DNA of 64,000 nt, from NCBI GenBank assembly GCA_033765235.1, contig JANRIG010000020.1, positions 56,105 to 120,104 on the forward strand, written 5' to 3'. Made by a program: the position numbers and the translations under genes. A model generated the notes under the pieces. It ran no database searches, was not told the origin of the DNA, and saw only the letters and a list, made by a program, of their open reading frames with translations. Below are positions 18,096 through 29,461 of the stretch, one piece after another. Source of the stretch: Cytophagales bacterium (GTDB lineage: Bacteria > Bacteroidota > Bacteroidia > Cytophagales > UBA9547). Every line of letters starts with the position of its first letter. Within the stretch, counting starts at the first letter, position 1.

Positions 18096-19142
18096 TTAAT
18101 ATCTATATCTTGGGGTACGAATTGGAGGTCTTGCCAATACGTCTGATACGGGTATATAATAGGATAAAAAGAGTTCATGGGAGGTGCCTGCCTTGGCTTG
18201 TGTGCCAATGACAGAGAGGTCGAATGCGTAGCCTGCACGCAGTGCATTGTTTTTGAGAAATCCTATTCCAAGTATAATGATGGCTGCATCGTTGTGCCTG
18301 TATGATAGCCCACCCCACAGCTTGTCATTATTATATTTGAGCATAAAATTGATATCAAAACTGGATGCGGCAAGTGGTGGGATATTAAGTTTGACAAATG
18401 TAGATGGCACGAGCGTGAAGTAGTCTGAAAGTTTTATATTGATGCCTGCGGTGAGGAAGTAATGCCTTACTTTTTGTGATGAATAATTAATATCATTGAG
18501 TGTACTATTAAATAGTGATGGGGAGAGGAGTCTATTTATGCCTAATCCTGCGAAGAAGCGCGGGTGTGCATAATATATTCCTGTATTAATATCTAAAGCA
18601 TTGGCAGAATTATTAGAGGTAAGGTTTTGTATTCTGAGATCGCTGGGGTCGTTGTACTTAAGTTTTTGGGCATCTATGCTGGTATTGACAATACCTATGC
18701 CTGCACCTATGCCGAGTGTGCCTTTGGCGATGTTGATATGGTAAGAGTAGTTGATTTTGAGGTCGATTGTTTGATAAATGGCTATTTTATCATTTTGCAG
18801 ATGTATGCCTATGCCGCTGTTGATGGACTTGATGGCTGTGGAGCCTGCAAACATGAGTGTTTGTGGTGCTGCATTGACCCCATCGTCGGGGGTTGATGAC
18901 AGACCCAGCCATTGGTATCTGTATAAAAGGTATAGTTCTGTTTGTTTATATATGCCGGAGTAGGCAGGATTGTATAAGTTGCCTGTAAACATGTATTGGC
19001 TAAAGTGTGCGTCTTGTTGTGGCAGTGCGGGTATTGTACATAAGAGCACTAAGAGTGATGTATATATATATATGTGTAGTTGCTTAAAATAAGAGCCAAA
19101 TTTTGGAAGTAAAAATACGTATAGGTTGTGGGATATAGGCAT
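18096..19142 (-). CDS. porP: T9SS membrane protein, PorP/SprF family
   Basis: QQDAHFSQY, NPAYSG, YRYQW, GYAFD, GTSHEL motifs; upstream of gldK. Exact start uncertain. Confidence 0.88.
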   Translation of the reverse strand: MPISHNLYVFLLPKFGSYFKQLHIYIYTSLLVLLCTIPALPQQDAHFSQYMFTGNLYNPAYSGIYKQTELYLLYRYQWLGLSSTPDDGVNAAPQTLMFAGSTAIKSINSGIGIHLQNDKIAIYQTIDLKINYSYHINIAKGTLGIGAGIGIVNTSIDAQKLKYNDPSDLRIQNLTSNNSANALDINTGIYYAHPRFFAGLGINRLLSPSLFNSTLNDINYSSQKVRHYFLTAGINIKLSDYFTLVPSTFVKLNIPPLAASSFDINFMLKYNNDKLWGGLSYRHNDAAIIILGIGFLKNNALRAGYAFDLSVIGTQAKAGTSHELFLSYYIPVSDVLARPPIRTPRYRY

Positions 19143-19148
19143 GATAAG

Positions 19149-19934
19149 TTAGAGGTTTTCTTTGATGTAAAGTTCGAGTGTGCCTGTCATGGAAGGTGCA
19201 TTGGGCATTGGTGCTTCAATATCCAGTCTGAGGCCTGCATCTTTTACGGCTTTGGCAGTAGTGGGTCCGAGTGCTGCTATTTTTGTAGTTTCTTGTTTGT
19301 AGCCCGGGAAATTGGATGTGAGAGAAGTGACACCTGAAGGGCTAAAGAATACAATAATATCATAGTTGCTAATATTGTCTATATCAGAAAGGTCGCTGGA
19401 TATGGTATTGTATATGACAGCTTCTGTGAAGTCAAAATCATTGGATTTGAGGAATGCCGGCAGTTCATCGTTACGAATATCGGAGCATGGGTATAGGAAT
19501 TTTTCGTTTTTGTGTTTTTTGAGTATTTCGAAAAGGTCTTGGGCTGTTTTGATGCCGGAGAATATTTTACGTTTGCGTAGTACTATGTATTTTTGAAGGT
19601 AGTTGGCAGTTTGCTCAGTGATACAAAAATATTTGGTGGTAGGTGCTATTTCTATTTTGCCTTCTTTACATATTTTAAAAAAATGGTCAATAGCGTTGCG
19701 ACTGGTCATGATAATGGCTGTGTAGTCGCTGATTTCGATTTTTTGTTTTCTAAACTCTTTGTAGGGAACGGTTTCTATCTCAATAAAAGGGCGGAAGTCT
19801 ATTTTTAAATTATAGTTTTTTGCTAAAATGTGATAAGGGGAGTTGTCATCGGTGGGTTTTGATTGTGTAACAAGCACTGATGATACTTTGGGCTTTTCTG
19901 TAACTAGGGTTTGTTTATTGAAAGTACTTTGCAT
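19149..19934 (-). CDS. hemD: Uroporphyrinogen-III synthase (Bacteroidota HemD-like)
   Basis: DFRPFI, TSRNAIDHFF, FFSPSG, PSMTG motifs; usual position before porP-gldK. Confidence 0.85.
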   Translation of the reverse strand: MQSTFNKQTLVTEKPKVSSVLVTQSKPTDDNSPYHILAKNYNLKIDFRPFIEIETVPYKEFRKQKIEISDYTAIIMTSRNAIDHFFKICKEGKIEIAPTTKYFCITEQTANYLQKYIVLRKRKIFSGIKTAQDLFEILKKHKNEKFLYPCSDIRNDELPAFLKSNDFDFTEAVIYNTISSDLSDIDNISNYDIIVFFSPSGVTSLTSNFPGYKQETTKIAALGPTTAKAVKDAGLRLDIEAPMPNAPSMTGTLELYIKENL

Positions 19935-19952
19935 GTGAATGATGGGGATATA

Positions 19953-21023
19953 TTAAGCTAATTTTAATAAGAATTTTAGTAGGAATACAGAAGTAAATAA
20001 CTCGGTAACTGCTATATATGCTATGAGATAATTTTTTCGGAATTGGAATGTATTGAAGAAATTGATAAGTTGTTTGATAAAAATTAATGCTGATAGCAAA
20101 CCCAAGGAGTAAATGATATGTGCGGGTTCCAGAGCCGGAAAGTTGAATTGCGGAAATGTCAATATAATACTTATAAAACTCAAAATACCAAGTAAAATGC
20201 AAAAGTACATAACAAAATCAAAAGAAACAAATCTTGCCACGTGCCATACATTAAAAATAAGTGCCCAAAGCCAATTGGACATGAGCTTAAGCAGTGTAAA
20301 AAGCAGCACCAGCAATAATGCATTGAGTATTATTGTTTTCATATTAAAAGGCATAATGATATCAAAGTAGTGAAAAAGTTGGAGGTTTATTCTATTAAGA
20401 TAAAGTACAATAAAAGCGAAGAAAACTGATAAAATTGAGTAAACTAATATATTGACAGCACCGGACTCTAAACTTTTGGATTTAATATCTTGCTCTCTGA
20501 CAAAAAGTGAGAGAGAAAATGATGGAAAATAGGCAACCCAACTTTTAAAAGTCATAAGGCTAATAAAGAATAGTAACATACCTGTGATATAGTTATTTTT
20601 TAATATTTTGATAATAGAAATATTTTTGATGGGGTTAAGAATTTTCTCGCTGAAGTATTTGTTATCATTAAGGTATAAATTGGGTTCTTTTGGATAAAAA
20701 TGAATGAGAAAACTTTTGTTGTTATTGACCCCGGAGTTTGTAAGCATTTGAATATCAATAGTATGAATTTTTTTCGCATTGGCTATGTACTTGCCATTGA
20801 TAAATACAGCAGTGCATTTATTTGGAATTTTGACAGGTAATAGTTTTTGAGCTTCGTATATGTCTTTAATGTATAGGTAGAGAGGCAACTTATTGTCATT
20901 GGTTTCAGGTGCAAAAGATTGTAGTGTAGGATAGTATTGAAAATAATACAGCGTATTTACGGATTGAGGCTGCGCAACTGATATAAATGTGAGGATGACT
21001 AAGTGCAGAATGACTATTTTCAT
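19953..21023 (-). CDS. DUF4271-type multi-pass membrane protein
   Basis: Several C-terminal TM helices ending in YLIAYIAVTEL; usual synteny upstream of hemD. Confidence 0.65.
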   Translation of the reverse strand: MKIVILHLVILTFISVAQPQSVNTLYYFQYYPTLQSFAPETNDNKLPLYLYIKDIYEAQKLLPVKIPNKCTAVFINGKYIANAKKIHTIDIQMLTNSGVNNNKSFLIHFYPKEPNLYLNDNKYFSEKILNPIKNISIIKILKNNYITGMLLFFISLMTFKSWVAYFPSFSLSLFVREQDIKSKSLESGAVNILVYSILSVFFAFIVLYLNRINLQLFHYFDIIMPFNMKTIILNALLLVLLFTLLKLMSNWLWALIFNVWHVARFVSFDFVMYFCILLGILSFISIILTFPQFNFPALEPAHIIYSLGLLSALIFIKQLINFFNTFQFRKNYLIAYIAVTELFTSVFLLKFLLKLA

Positions 21024-21142
21024 ATCTTAATCTTAAACCACGTATTGTCAAAAATTAACATTTGTGCAAAGTTAAGAGAAATAAATATTGGGTTTACAAA
21101 AAGTAATTGGCTTTTTATAAAAATGGTATAAAAAATAGATAA

Positions 21143-23248
21143 TTAACTGATTTTGCCCCAATTTGTGGTATTTTGGTGCAGAGAATCTATGTGTTGTTTT
21201 ATAAAAAGATTATCTTTTAGTAGAAAATCGGGGTCTGACTCTATTACTGCTTGAGCATATTGCCTTGCTGTTGATAGTATTTCGCCGTCTGTAGCAAGGT
21301 TGGCCACTATAAGGTCATGTACGCCGCTTTGCCGAGTACCCATCATATCGCCGGGGCCACGTAGTTTGAGATCTGTTTCAGCTATTTCAAATCCATTATT
21401 GGTGCGTACCATGGTTTGAATTTTTTCTCTGCTTTCTTGTGAAATTTTGTCTGAAGTCATTAGCACACAGTATGATTGCTCGCTGCCCCTGCCTACCCTG
21501 CCTCTCAATTGATGAAGCTGTGCCAAGCCAAACCTTTCGGCATTTTCAATGACCATGACCGTAGCATTTGCCACATTGATGCCCACTTCTATTACTGTAG
21601 TGGCTACCATGATTTGTGCTTTGTTTTCTACAAATAATTTCATGGCAAATTCTTTGTCTTCTTGAGGCAATTTGCCATGTATGATGGCAATTTTGTACTC
21701 TGGCAATGGAAACTCTTGCGAAAGATATTCGTATCCTGAGTATAGGTTGAGCAAGTCGCTTTTTTCTGACTCTTCTATGAGTGGGTACACTACATATATT
21801 TGCCTGCCGAGTGATATTTGTTGTTTCATAAATCCAAATAGCGCAAGCCTTTGACCTTCAATTTTGTGTAGTGTTTTTATGGGTATTCGCCCTGCAGGCA
21901 TTTCATTGATGACAGAGGCATCAAGGTCTCCATAAAATGTCATAGCCAGTGTGCGTGGTATGGGAGTTGCTGTCATCACTAAAATATGGGGCGTGAATTG
22001 TTCATTTTTTTTCCAAAGTCTGGCTCTTTGGGCTACCCCAAACCTATGTTGCTCATCTATGACACACAGTGCCAGGTTGTGAAATTGCACATCGTCTTCG
22101 AGCAGAGCATGAGTACCTATTAATATAAGCAGCTCACCGCTAAGCAAATATTGATGTATGAGTGCACGCTCACTTTTTTTGGTACTGCCTGTAAGCAAGG
22201 CTATTTTAATACCCAGCATTTGTGTCCATTCGCTTAAGTTATTATAATGTTGTTGGGCAAGTATTTCGGTAGGAGCCATGATACATGTCTGAAAATTGTT
22301 TGAAGTGGCCATGAGTATGGCAATGAATGCTACAATAGTTTTGCCGCTTCCTACATCGCCTTGCAAGAGCCTATTCATTTGCTTTCCTACTTTCACATCA
22401 TTGTGTATTTCACGAATGGCGTTTTTTTGTGCATTGGTAAGTTGAAACGGCAAAATATTGTTATAAAATGTATGTACATGTTGCATGTTAGCAAAAACTG
22501 CACCATCATTTTTGCTTTTGTTTATTTGCTTAGTTTTGAGTAATTTGAGTTGGTTATAGAATAATTCTTCAAATTTAAGTCTGTATCTTGCCATTTCAAG
22601 CGATGCTGCATCAGGTGGAATATGTATATATTGAATTGCTTGCTGCTTAGATATAAGCTTCAATTTTTGTATAATATATATAGGTATAGTCTCCTGAATA
22701 TTTGGTATAGCCTGCTCTAATAATATTTTCATACTATTGGCCAATCCCTTGCTGTCAAAGCCTGCATTTTTGAGTTTTTCGGTACTATGGTATATAGGCT
22801 GTAGGTATCCTTTGTGTTCGGCACTATCGTCAAAAATCTCAATTTCCGGATGTACTATGTTCCAAGCACTTTGAAAAGAAGTAGGTTTGCCATATACTTT
22901 ATATTCTACATTTTTCTTAAGTTTTTTTTCAATCCATTGCACCCCTCTGAACCATACCAGCTCTACCTCACCGGTATCATCGCGCAGGTATGCTGTAAAT
23001 CTTTTTTTGGCACCCTCACCTACAGTTTCCATGTAAGTAATTTTGCCCTTTACTTGTATGTACGGCAAGTCATGACTGATTTGGGCAATATCATATATTT
23101 TTGTACGGTCTTCGTATCTAAACGGATAGTGTTGCAAAAGGTCTGCGTAAGTAAATACATTGATTTCGGTATTCAATAGACGAGCTCTCTGCGGACCAAT
23201 ACCTTTTAAAAATTCTATTTTTGTGTCAAAATAACTATTTTTACTCAT
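21143..23248 (-). CDS. recG: ATP-dependent DNA helicase RecG
   Basis: LLQGDVGSGKT, DEQHRFG, MTATPIPRT, QLHQLRGRVGR motifs. Confidence 0.97.
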   Translation of the reverse strand: MSKNSYFDTKIEFLKGIGPQRARLLNTEINVFTYADLLQHYPFRYEDRTKIYDIAQISHDLPYIQVKGKITYMETVGEGAKKRFTAYLRDDTGEVELVWFRGVQWIEKKLKKNVEYKVYGKPTSFQSAWNIVHPEIEIFDDSAEHKGYLQPIYHSTEKLKNAGFDSKGLANSMKILLEQAIPNIQETIPIYIIQKLKLISKQQAIQYIHIPPDAASLEMARYRLKFEELFYNQLKLLKTKQINKSKNDGAVFANMQHVHTFYNNILPFQLTNAQKNAIREIHNDVKVGKQMNRLLQGDVGSGKTIVAFIAILMATSNNFQTCIMAPTEILAQQHYNNLSEWTQMLGIKIALLTGSTKKSERALIHQYLLSGELLILIGTHALLEDDVQFHNLALCVIDEQHRFGVAQRARLWKKNEQFTPHILVMTATPIPRTLAMTFYGDLDASVINEMPAGRIPIKTLHKIEGQRLALFGFMKQQISLGRQIYVVYPLIEESEKSDLLNLYSGYEYLSQEFPLPEYKIAIIHGKLPQEDKEFAMKLFVENKAQIMVATTVIEVGINVANATVMVIENAERFGLAQLHQLRGRVGRGSEQSYCVLMTSDKISQESREKIQTMVRTNNGFEIAETDLKLRGPGDMMGTRQSGVHDLIVANLATDGEILSTARQYAQAVIESDPDFLLKDNLFIKQHIDSLHQNTTNWGKIS

Positions 23249-23358
23249 GTAAACTGTAGTATTATTGGAGCAAAGTTATATATTGCTGACACTATTCACA
23301 CAGTACTAAGTTAATTTTTTGATTGACAATGTTCTTTGTTTGATAATTTATTATAATA

Positions 23359-23775
23359 TTGTATCACATTTTGGAGGAATTATTTTTGAATAGAAAACTT
23401 AAAAAATTCGGTATTTTTACATTTATCATCAGCCTATTTATATTGGTTTGTAATAGTTTTTTTGGAGAAACTGTAGTGAACCCATATGTATGGCATATAC
23501 TTATATTTATATGTGCTATGATGTTTGGCACCTATTTTCTCACATTTAGAGGTATGCAAAAAGACGTGTATGATGCACAAAACTACTTCTTGATAAGTAC
23601 AGCCATAAGACTGTTTTTGTCGGGCTTCACATTATTTTTGTATATATATTTTATACGTATTCACAGGTTCACGTTTGTATTAAATTTTTTTATTTTATAT
23701 TTTCTCTACACTTTTTTTGAAATAAAAACTCTTTTGTTAAGTTTGCAACCTAATAATAAGGGAAATAATCTCTGA
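23359..23775 (+). CDS. Four-TM membrane protein at the head of the atp operon (AtpI-like)
   Basis: Hydrophobic helices; stop overlaps the atpB ATG. Start uncertain (TTG 23359 or 23386). Confidence 0.65.
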   Translation: MYHILEELFLNRKLKKFGIFTFIISLFILVCNSFFGETVVNPYVWHILIFICAMMFGTYFLTFRGMQKDVYDAQNYFLISTAIRLFLSGFTLFLYIYFIRIHRFTFVLNFFILYFLYTFFEIKTLLLSLQPNNKGNNL

Positions 23776-24833
23776 TGCAGAAATACACGCTACAAATGTC
23801 GAGCAATTTTTACAGGAAAATAATTTTTATATTAACGCTATTAATTTCATTATCAGCATTTTCTGAAAATGTAGCAGAGGGGTCAAATGAAAAAGAAGGA
23901 GAAGAAAAATTTAATGCCATAGAAGTCATCATGCACCACGTGAGCGACTCTCATGAGTGGCATATATGCAGTATAGGCGAAAATCACATAACCATACCTC
24001 TTCCTGTCATACTTTATTCATCCACCAAAGGGTTAGTGTGTTTTATGTCAGACAATTTTCACAATGCAGCGCATAAATACCAAAGTTATAAGATAGAACA
24101 TGAGCATATACTATCAGAAGATACAGGCGAAACCATTTTTGATATATCCATCACCAAAAATGTAGCCTCTATGATGATGTCTGCATTGATACTTATCTTT
24201 ATATTTTGCACGGTTGCAGGCTCACTCAGGCGCAATGCAGGACAAGCACCACGAGGCATACAGTCATTTTTTGAACCTTTGGTCATATTTGTGCGAGACG
24301 AAATTGCAAAACCCTATATTGGTGACAAATACGCACGTTTTTTGCCCTATCTTCTGACAGTATTTTTCTTTATATGGTTAAATAATTTAATGGGTATCAT
24401 ACCATCAGGGGCAAACCTTACAGGAAACATTGCAGTGACGCTCACATTATCAGTATTCACCCTCATTATCACCAATGTATCGGCTAACGGTGCCTACTGG
24501 GGCCATATATTTGCCCCGCCCGTACCCGTAATGATATGGCCTATTATGATACCTGTAGAAATTATCAGTATATTTACCAAGCCATTTGCACTAATGATAA
24601 GGCTATTTGCCAATATTACCGCAGGGCACATCATCATACTCAGCATAGTGAGCATGATATTCATGTTCAAAAATTTATTAGTAGCCGGTGCTGCCATACC
24701 CTTTGCCATAGTAATGGATGTATTGGAGTTTGGCGTGGCTGCTCTGCAAGCATATATATTTACATTGCTCTCTGCGTTGTTTATCGGTCAGGCAGTTGCA
24801 GAACATGAGCATCATGACGATGACCACCATTAA
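23775..24833 (+). CDS. atpB: F0F1 ATP synthase subunit a
   Basis: KPFALMIRLFANITAGH, LQAYIF motifs; Bacteroidota-type long N-terminus. Confidence 0.97.
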   Translation: MQKYTLQMSSNFYRKIIFILTLLISLSAFSENVAEGSNEKEGEEKFNAIEVIMHHVSDSHEWHICSIGENHITIPLPVILYSSTKGLVCFMSDNFHNAAHKYQSYKIEHEHILSEDTGETIFDISITKNVASMMMSALILIFIFCTVAGSLRRNAGQAPRGIQSFFEPLVIFVRDEIAKPYIGDKYARFLPYLLTVFFFIWLNNLMGIIPSGANLTGNIAVTLTLSVFTLIITNVSANGAYWGHIFAPPVPVMIWPIMIPVEIISIFTKPFALMIRLFANITAGHIIILSIVSMIFMFKNLLVAGAAIPFAIVMDVLEFGVAALQAYIFTLLSALFIGQAVAEHEHHDDDHH

Positions 24834-24850
24834 TAATTTTACAAACTTAA

Positions 24851-25114
<264 letters not shown>

Positions 25115-25138
25115 TAGAAAAACCAAAAAAAATTATTA

Positions 25139-25171
25139 CATAAGATAGGGTATCTTTACCTCTGTCTTATG
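25139..25171 (+). promoter_or_regulatory. Stem-loop after atpE (probable mRNA stabiliser or partial terminator)
   Basis: CATAAGATAG-GGTA-tctt-TACC-t-CTGTCTTATG. Confidence 0.5.
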
Positions 25172-25206
25172 ATTTATTATATTTATACACTAAAAATAAT
25201 ATTGGT

Positions 25207-25701
25207 ATGGAATTAGTAACCCCCAATCTTGGACTTATCGTGTGGACTACGATAATATTTTTGTCACTCCTGTTTTTGCTTTCGAGGTTTGCATGGTCGC
25301 CGATAGTAAAGGCACTGGAAGAGCGTGAGCACTTTATCGAAGATGCACTCAACGCAGCCCAAAAAGCAAAAGAAGACATGGAAAATCTAAAAGCAGATAA
25401 TGAAAAACTGCTATATGAGGCACGTGTAGAACGTGACAAAATGCTTAAAGATGCTGCATTGGTGGCATCTAATACCATATCCGAAGCCAAAGACAAAGCT
25501 GCTGTAGAAGCCGGCAAAATGATAGAAAATGCACGTTTGCAAATTCAAAATGAAAAAAATGCAGCCATAACCGAACTTAAAAATTTGGTAGCAAGTGCAT
25601 CGGTAGATATAGCTGAAAAAATATTGAAAAAACAGTTGACCTCCGATGAATCGCAAAATATACTGATAGAAGAATATTTAAAGGAATCAAAACTTAACTA
25701 A
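25207..25701 (+). CDS. atpF: F0F1 ATP synthase subunit b
   Basis: N-terminal TM (FAWSPI) followed by a coiled coil; operon position. Confidence 0.95.
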   Translation: MELVTPNLGLIVWTTIIFLSLLFLLSRFAWSPIVKALEEREHFIEDALNAAQKAKEDMENLKADNEKLLYEARVERDKMLKDAALVASNTISEAKDKAAVEAGKMIENARLQIQNEKNAAITELKNLVASASVDIAEKILKKQLTSDESQNILIEEYLKESKLN

Positions 25702-25703
25702 CC

Positions 25704-26240
25704 GTGTCTGAATACAGAGTAGCATCAGCATATGCAAAATCATTGATAGACTTGAGCATGCAACAAAATGTGCTTGACCAAATACACAATGACATGGTGT
25801 TGGCTGCCCGTGTGTGTAGCCAAAGTCGTGAACTTCGCAACCTGCTCTCAAGCCCTATTGTACATATATACAAAAAGCTCGAAATCGTAAAACAAATATT
25901 TGAGCATAAAGTACATACGCTTAGTTTTCAGTTTTTTATACTCATTACCAAAAAAGGCAGAGACAGATATTTATATGCTATCGTTAATGAATTTATAAGT
26001 CAATATCGCAAAATACAAGGGCTTGAAACACTCACTGTAACTACCGCTGTAAAAATTGACAAAAAATTGCAAAACAGCATATTGGATGCTGTAAAAAATA
26101 TTTCGGACAAAAAACTTGAAATCAATACCAAAGTAGATCCAAGCATATTAGGAGGCTTTTTGGTAAATGCAGGCGGGCGTCAATTAGATGCCTCTGTTCG
26201 AAAAAAATTAAACGACTATAAAAAAGGAATTATTAAATAA
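25704..26240 (+). CDS. atpH: F0F1 ATP synthase subunit delta
   Basis: GTG start; YAKSL and VDPSILGGF...LDASV motifs. Confidence 0.95.
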   Translation: MSEYRVASAYAKSLIDLSMQQNVLDQIHNDMVLAARVCSQSRELRNLLSSPIVHIYKKLEIVKQIFEHKVHTLSFQFFILITKKGRDRYLYAIVNEFISQYRKIQGLETLTVTTAVKIDKKLQNSILDAVKNISDKKLEINTKVDPSILGGFLVNAGGRQLDASVRKKLNDYKKGIIK

Positions 26241-26249
26241 ACAAATATC

Positions 26250-27842
26250 ATGGCAGCAGACATAAGACCTGATGAAATATCAGCAATACTCAGAGAGCAG
26301 CTTTCAAATGTAAAAACCGAAGCTGAACTGGAAGAGATAGGTACCGTGCTCAGCATTGGCGACGGTGTGGCACGCATATATGGTCTTACCCATATACAAT
26401 CCGGCGAACTTTTAGAATTTCAAAATGGCACCAAAGGGATGGCACTCAACCTTGAAGAGGATAATGTAGGTGCTGTGGTGCTTGGAAACTCATCAGGAAT
26501 AAAAGAAGGTGCTTCAGTGAAACGCACCAAGCAAATAGCCTATATCATGGCAGGTGAAGGTATGCTGGGGCGTGTGGTAGATATGCTGGGCAACCCCATA
26601 GATGGCAAAGGCCCGCTCACAGGCGAACTTTATGAAATGCCACTTGAACGCAGAGCCCCCGGAGTAATATTTCGCCAGCCGGTAAATGAGCCTCTGCAAA
26701 CCGGTATAAAAGCTATAGATGCTATGATACCCATAGGTCGCGGGCAGCGCGAGCTTATCATTGGCGACCGCCAAACAGGCAAAACTACGGTAGCCATAGA
26801 TACCATACTTAACCAAAAAGAATTTTACGACAAAGGACAACCTGTATATTGTATATATGTGGCAGTAGGACAAAAAGCTTCTACTGTGGCTCAGGTGCTG
26901 AATACTCTCGAAAAAGGAGGAGCTCTCAAATATACCGTGGTAGTGGCTGCCAATGCTTCTGACCCTGCCCCTATGCAGTTTTATGCACCATTCACTGGTG
27001 CTGCCATAGGCGAATATTTCAGAGACACCGGTAGGCCGGCGCTGGTAATATATGACGATCTTTCCAAACAAGCAGTAGCATATAGAGAAGTATCTCTACT
27101 GCTTCGTCGCCCTCCGGGTCGTGAGGCATATCCGGGCGATGTATTTTACCTCCATAGCCGATTGCTTGAGAGGGCTGCCAAAATCAATAATCAAGATGAT
27201 ATAGCACGCAGTATGAACGACTTGCCTCCATCGCTCAAAGGCAAGGTAAAAGGTGGCGGCTCGCTCACTTCACTACCTATTATTGAGACACAAGCCGGCG
27301 ATGTATCTGCATACATACCTACCAATGTGATATCTATCACAGATGGTCAAATATTTCTAGAGACTAACTTATTCAACTCCGGCATACGCCCGGCTATCAA
27401 TGTAGGTATATCCGTATCCAGGGTGGGTGGCAATGCACAAATAAAATCTATGAAAAAAGTGGCAGGTACACTCAAACTTGACCAAGCACAGTTTCGTGAG
27501 TTGGAGGCTTTTGCCAAATTTGGCTCAGACCTTGATGCAGCTACCAAGCTGGTGATAGAAAGAGGGCGTCGCAACCTTGAAATATTAAAACAAGCCAACT
27601 ACTCACCTGTGTCTGTAGAGTTGCAAGTAGCTATCATATATATATCTACCAACGGCTATCTTGATCGCATACCCGTGAATAGGATAAAAGAATTTGAAAA
27701 TGAATTTTACCGCATATTGAGCTCTACCCACAGAGCCACATTAGACACCATACGTTCCGGCAAAATAGACGATACGGTGACAGATGTGCTCAAAACTACC
27801 GCCAAAGATTTGGTAAAGTCTTTTATATCAACTAATCCATAG
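26250..27842 (+). CDS. atpA: F0F1 ATP synthase subunit alpha
   Basis: [31 protein letters not shown] motifs. Confidence 0.98.
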   Translation: MAADIRPDEISAILREQLSNVKTEAELEEIGTVLSIGDGVARIYGLTHIQSGELLEFQNGTKGMALNLEEDNVGAVVLGNSSGIKEGASVKRTKQIAYIMAGEGMLGRVVDMLGNPIDGKGPLTGELYEMPLERRAPGVIFRQPVNEPLQTGIKAIDAMIPIGRGQRELIIGDRQTGKTTVAIDTILNQKEFYDKGQPVYCIYVAVGQKASTVAQVLNTLEKGGALKYTVVVAANASDPAPMQFYAPFTGAAIGEYFRDTGRPALVIYDDLSKQAVAYREVSLLLRRPPGREAYPGDVFYLHSRLLERAAKINNQDDIARSMNDLPPSLKGKVKGGGSLTSLPIIETQAGDVSAYIPTNVISITDGQIFLETNLFNSGIRPAINVGISVSRVGGNAQIKSMKKVAGTLKLDQAQFRELEAFAKFGSDLDAATKLVIERGRRNLEILKQANYSPVSVELQVAIIYISTNGYLDRIPVNRIKEFENEFYRILSSTHRATLDTIRSGKIDDTVTDVLKTTAKDLVKSFISTNP

Positions 27843-27857
27843 AAAACATAAAAGTAT

Positions 27858-28742
27858 ATGCCCAGCTTAAAAGAGGTACGAAACAGGATAAGGTCAGTGA
27901 CATCTACCCAGCAGATAACCAAAGCTATGAAAATGGTAGCTGCGGCAAAATTGCGCAAGGCGCAAGATGCTATGATGCAAATGCGCCCTTATGCCGGCAA
28001 GCTGAATGAGATACTTTCTAACCTATCGTCCAATCCTGATATACTGGCAGATAACCCTTATACCAAAATAAGACCGGAAGAAAAAATATTATTGATAATA
28101 GTGACCTCTGACAGGGGGCTCTGTGGACCATTTAACTCTAATGTACTGAAAAATACTGTAGCACTGCTATCAGACAAATATGCCGAACAGCATAAAAATA
28201 AAAATGTGACTTTTCTATGCATAGGTAAAAGAGGATATGAATTTTTTCATAAAAGATACCCTGACAAAGTGATTAGTGATTATGCCTATATCTTGCATGG
28301 AGTAACATTTGAAAAGGTAAAAGAAGCAGCCGAGAATGCCATGAGCGGCTTTGAAGCCGGACTATATGATAAAATTGAAATAATATATAACGAGTTTAAA
28401 AATGTAGCCACACAGATACTCAGGGTAGAACAATTTTTGCCTGTAATACCACAAGCGTCAACAGAAACAAAGCAAAACAACGATTACATTTTTGAGCCTT
28501 CGGCAGACTTAATAGTGAATGAGTTGGTACCTAAGTCTCTGAAAATAAAGTTTTATAGGGCTGTATTGGAGTCCAATGCCTCAGAGCAAGGTGCCCGAAT
28601 GACTGCCATGGACAAGGCCACGGACAATGCCGGAGAGCTCCTCAAAGAGCTCAAAATCATGTATAACCGCACGCGCCAAGCGGCCATTACCAAAGAAATA
28701 TTGGAGATAGTGGGCGGAGCTGAGGCTTTGGCAGCGAAGTAG
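27858..28742 (+). CDS. atpG: F0F1 ATP synthase subunit gamma
   Basis: QITKAMKMV, SDRGLCG, SEQGARMTAM, RQAAITKEILEI motifs. Confidence 0.97.
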   Translation: MPSLKEVRNRIRSVTSTQQITKAMKMVAAAKLRKAQDAMMQMRPYAGKLNEILSNLSSNPDILADNPYTKIRPEEKILLIIVTSDRGLCGPFNSNVLKNTVALLSDKYAEQHKNKNVTFLCIGKRGYEFFHKRYPDKVISDYAYILHGVTFEKVKEAAENAMSGFEAGLYDKIEIIYNEFKNVATQILRVEQFLPVIPQASTETKQNNDYIFEPSADLIVNELVPKSLKIKFYRAVLESNASEQGARMTAMDKATDNAGELLKELKIMYNRTRQAAITKEILEIVGGAEALAAK

Positions 28743-28785
28743 TATTAAAATATTCATACAAATTTTTACTTTTAAATACTTATAA

Positions 28786-29415
28786 ATGAGACACTTATAT
28801 GCCTTATGCTTTTTATATGTGATGCAATTGAGTGCACAAGACATATTACATTTTCAAAATGGCAAAAATGATACTGTGAAAGTGATTGAAATAAATACCT
28901 ATGAGGTAGTGTATAAAAAATTCAAATTACAATATGGACCTATTTATAAAATATCACTGATTGATATATCTAAAATTGTATATTACAATGGTCAAATTGA
29001 AGATTTTACAAATTTTATCAAAGCACATTCAAATCCTGCACAACCTCTATATCAAATAGTAGAGTAGCCATTACCGGATGAATATGCAAAAATGACGGCT
29101 GATGAATTGTATAATTTAGGTATTAAAGATTGTAAGTTGACCTATAAAAATTATAAAGATGCCAGCAATGCTACTTTGTTCACATCCATGTTTCTTACAA
29201 CGTTTGTGGCAGTAGGTACCTCTGCAACTCCCCCATCAAAAGATAGATACACCTATCCAAATGTGATATTATCCAAAAACCCACACTACGTGAGAGGATT
29301 TGACTATCAGGCATGGAAAACAAAAAGGACATATGTATGGACAAATTTTACGAGTGGCACTATTATTTCTCTATTTGCATATATGATATATGCATCTTCC
29401 GGAAGTACAAGATGA
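28786..29415 (+). pseudogene. Secreted/membrane hypothetical protein (209 codons) interrupted by one in-frame TAG at 29065-29067
   Basis: ORFs 28786-29067 and 29092-29415 share a frame (offset 306), and the 8 codons between them are open (PLPDEYAK). Signal peptide is in the first half and the TM anchor in the second. Confidence 0.7.
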
Positions 29416-29461
29416 TTTTTTTGGATAATATAATATTATTATTTTTAGTCTTAGACCAAGC

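Noticed and set aside
29065-29067. Genome-wide TAG reassignment (e.g. pyrrolysine or an alternative code)
   Set aside because: TAG ends full-length atpA, atpG, rplL, rpoB and the encapsulin genes at the expected positions, and no pyl genes are seen.
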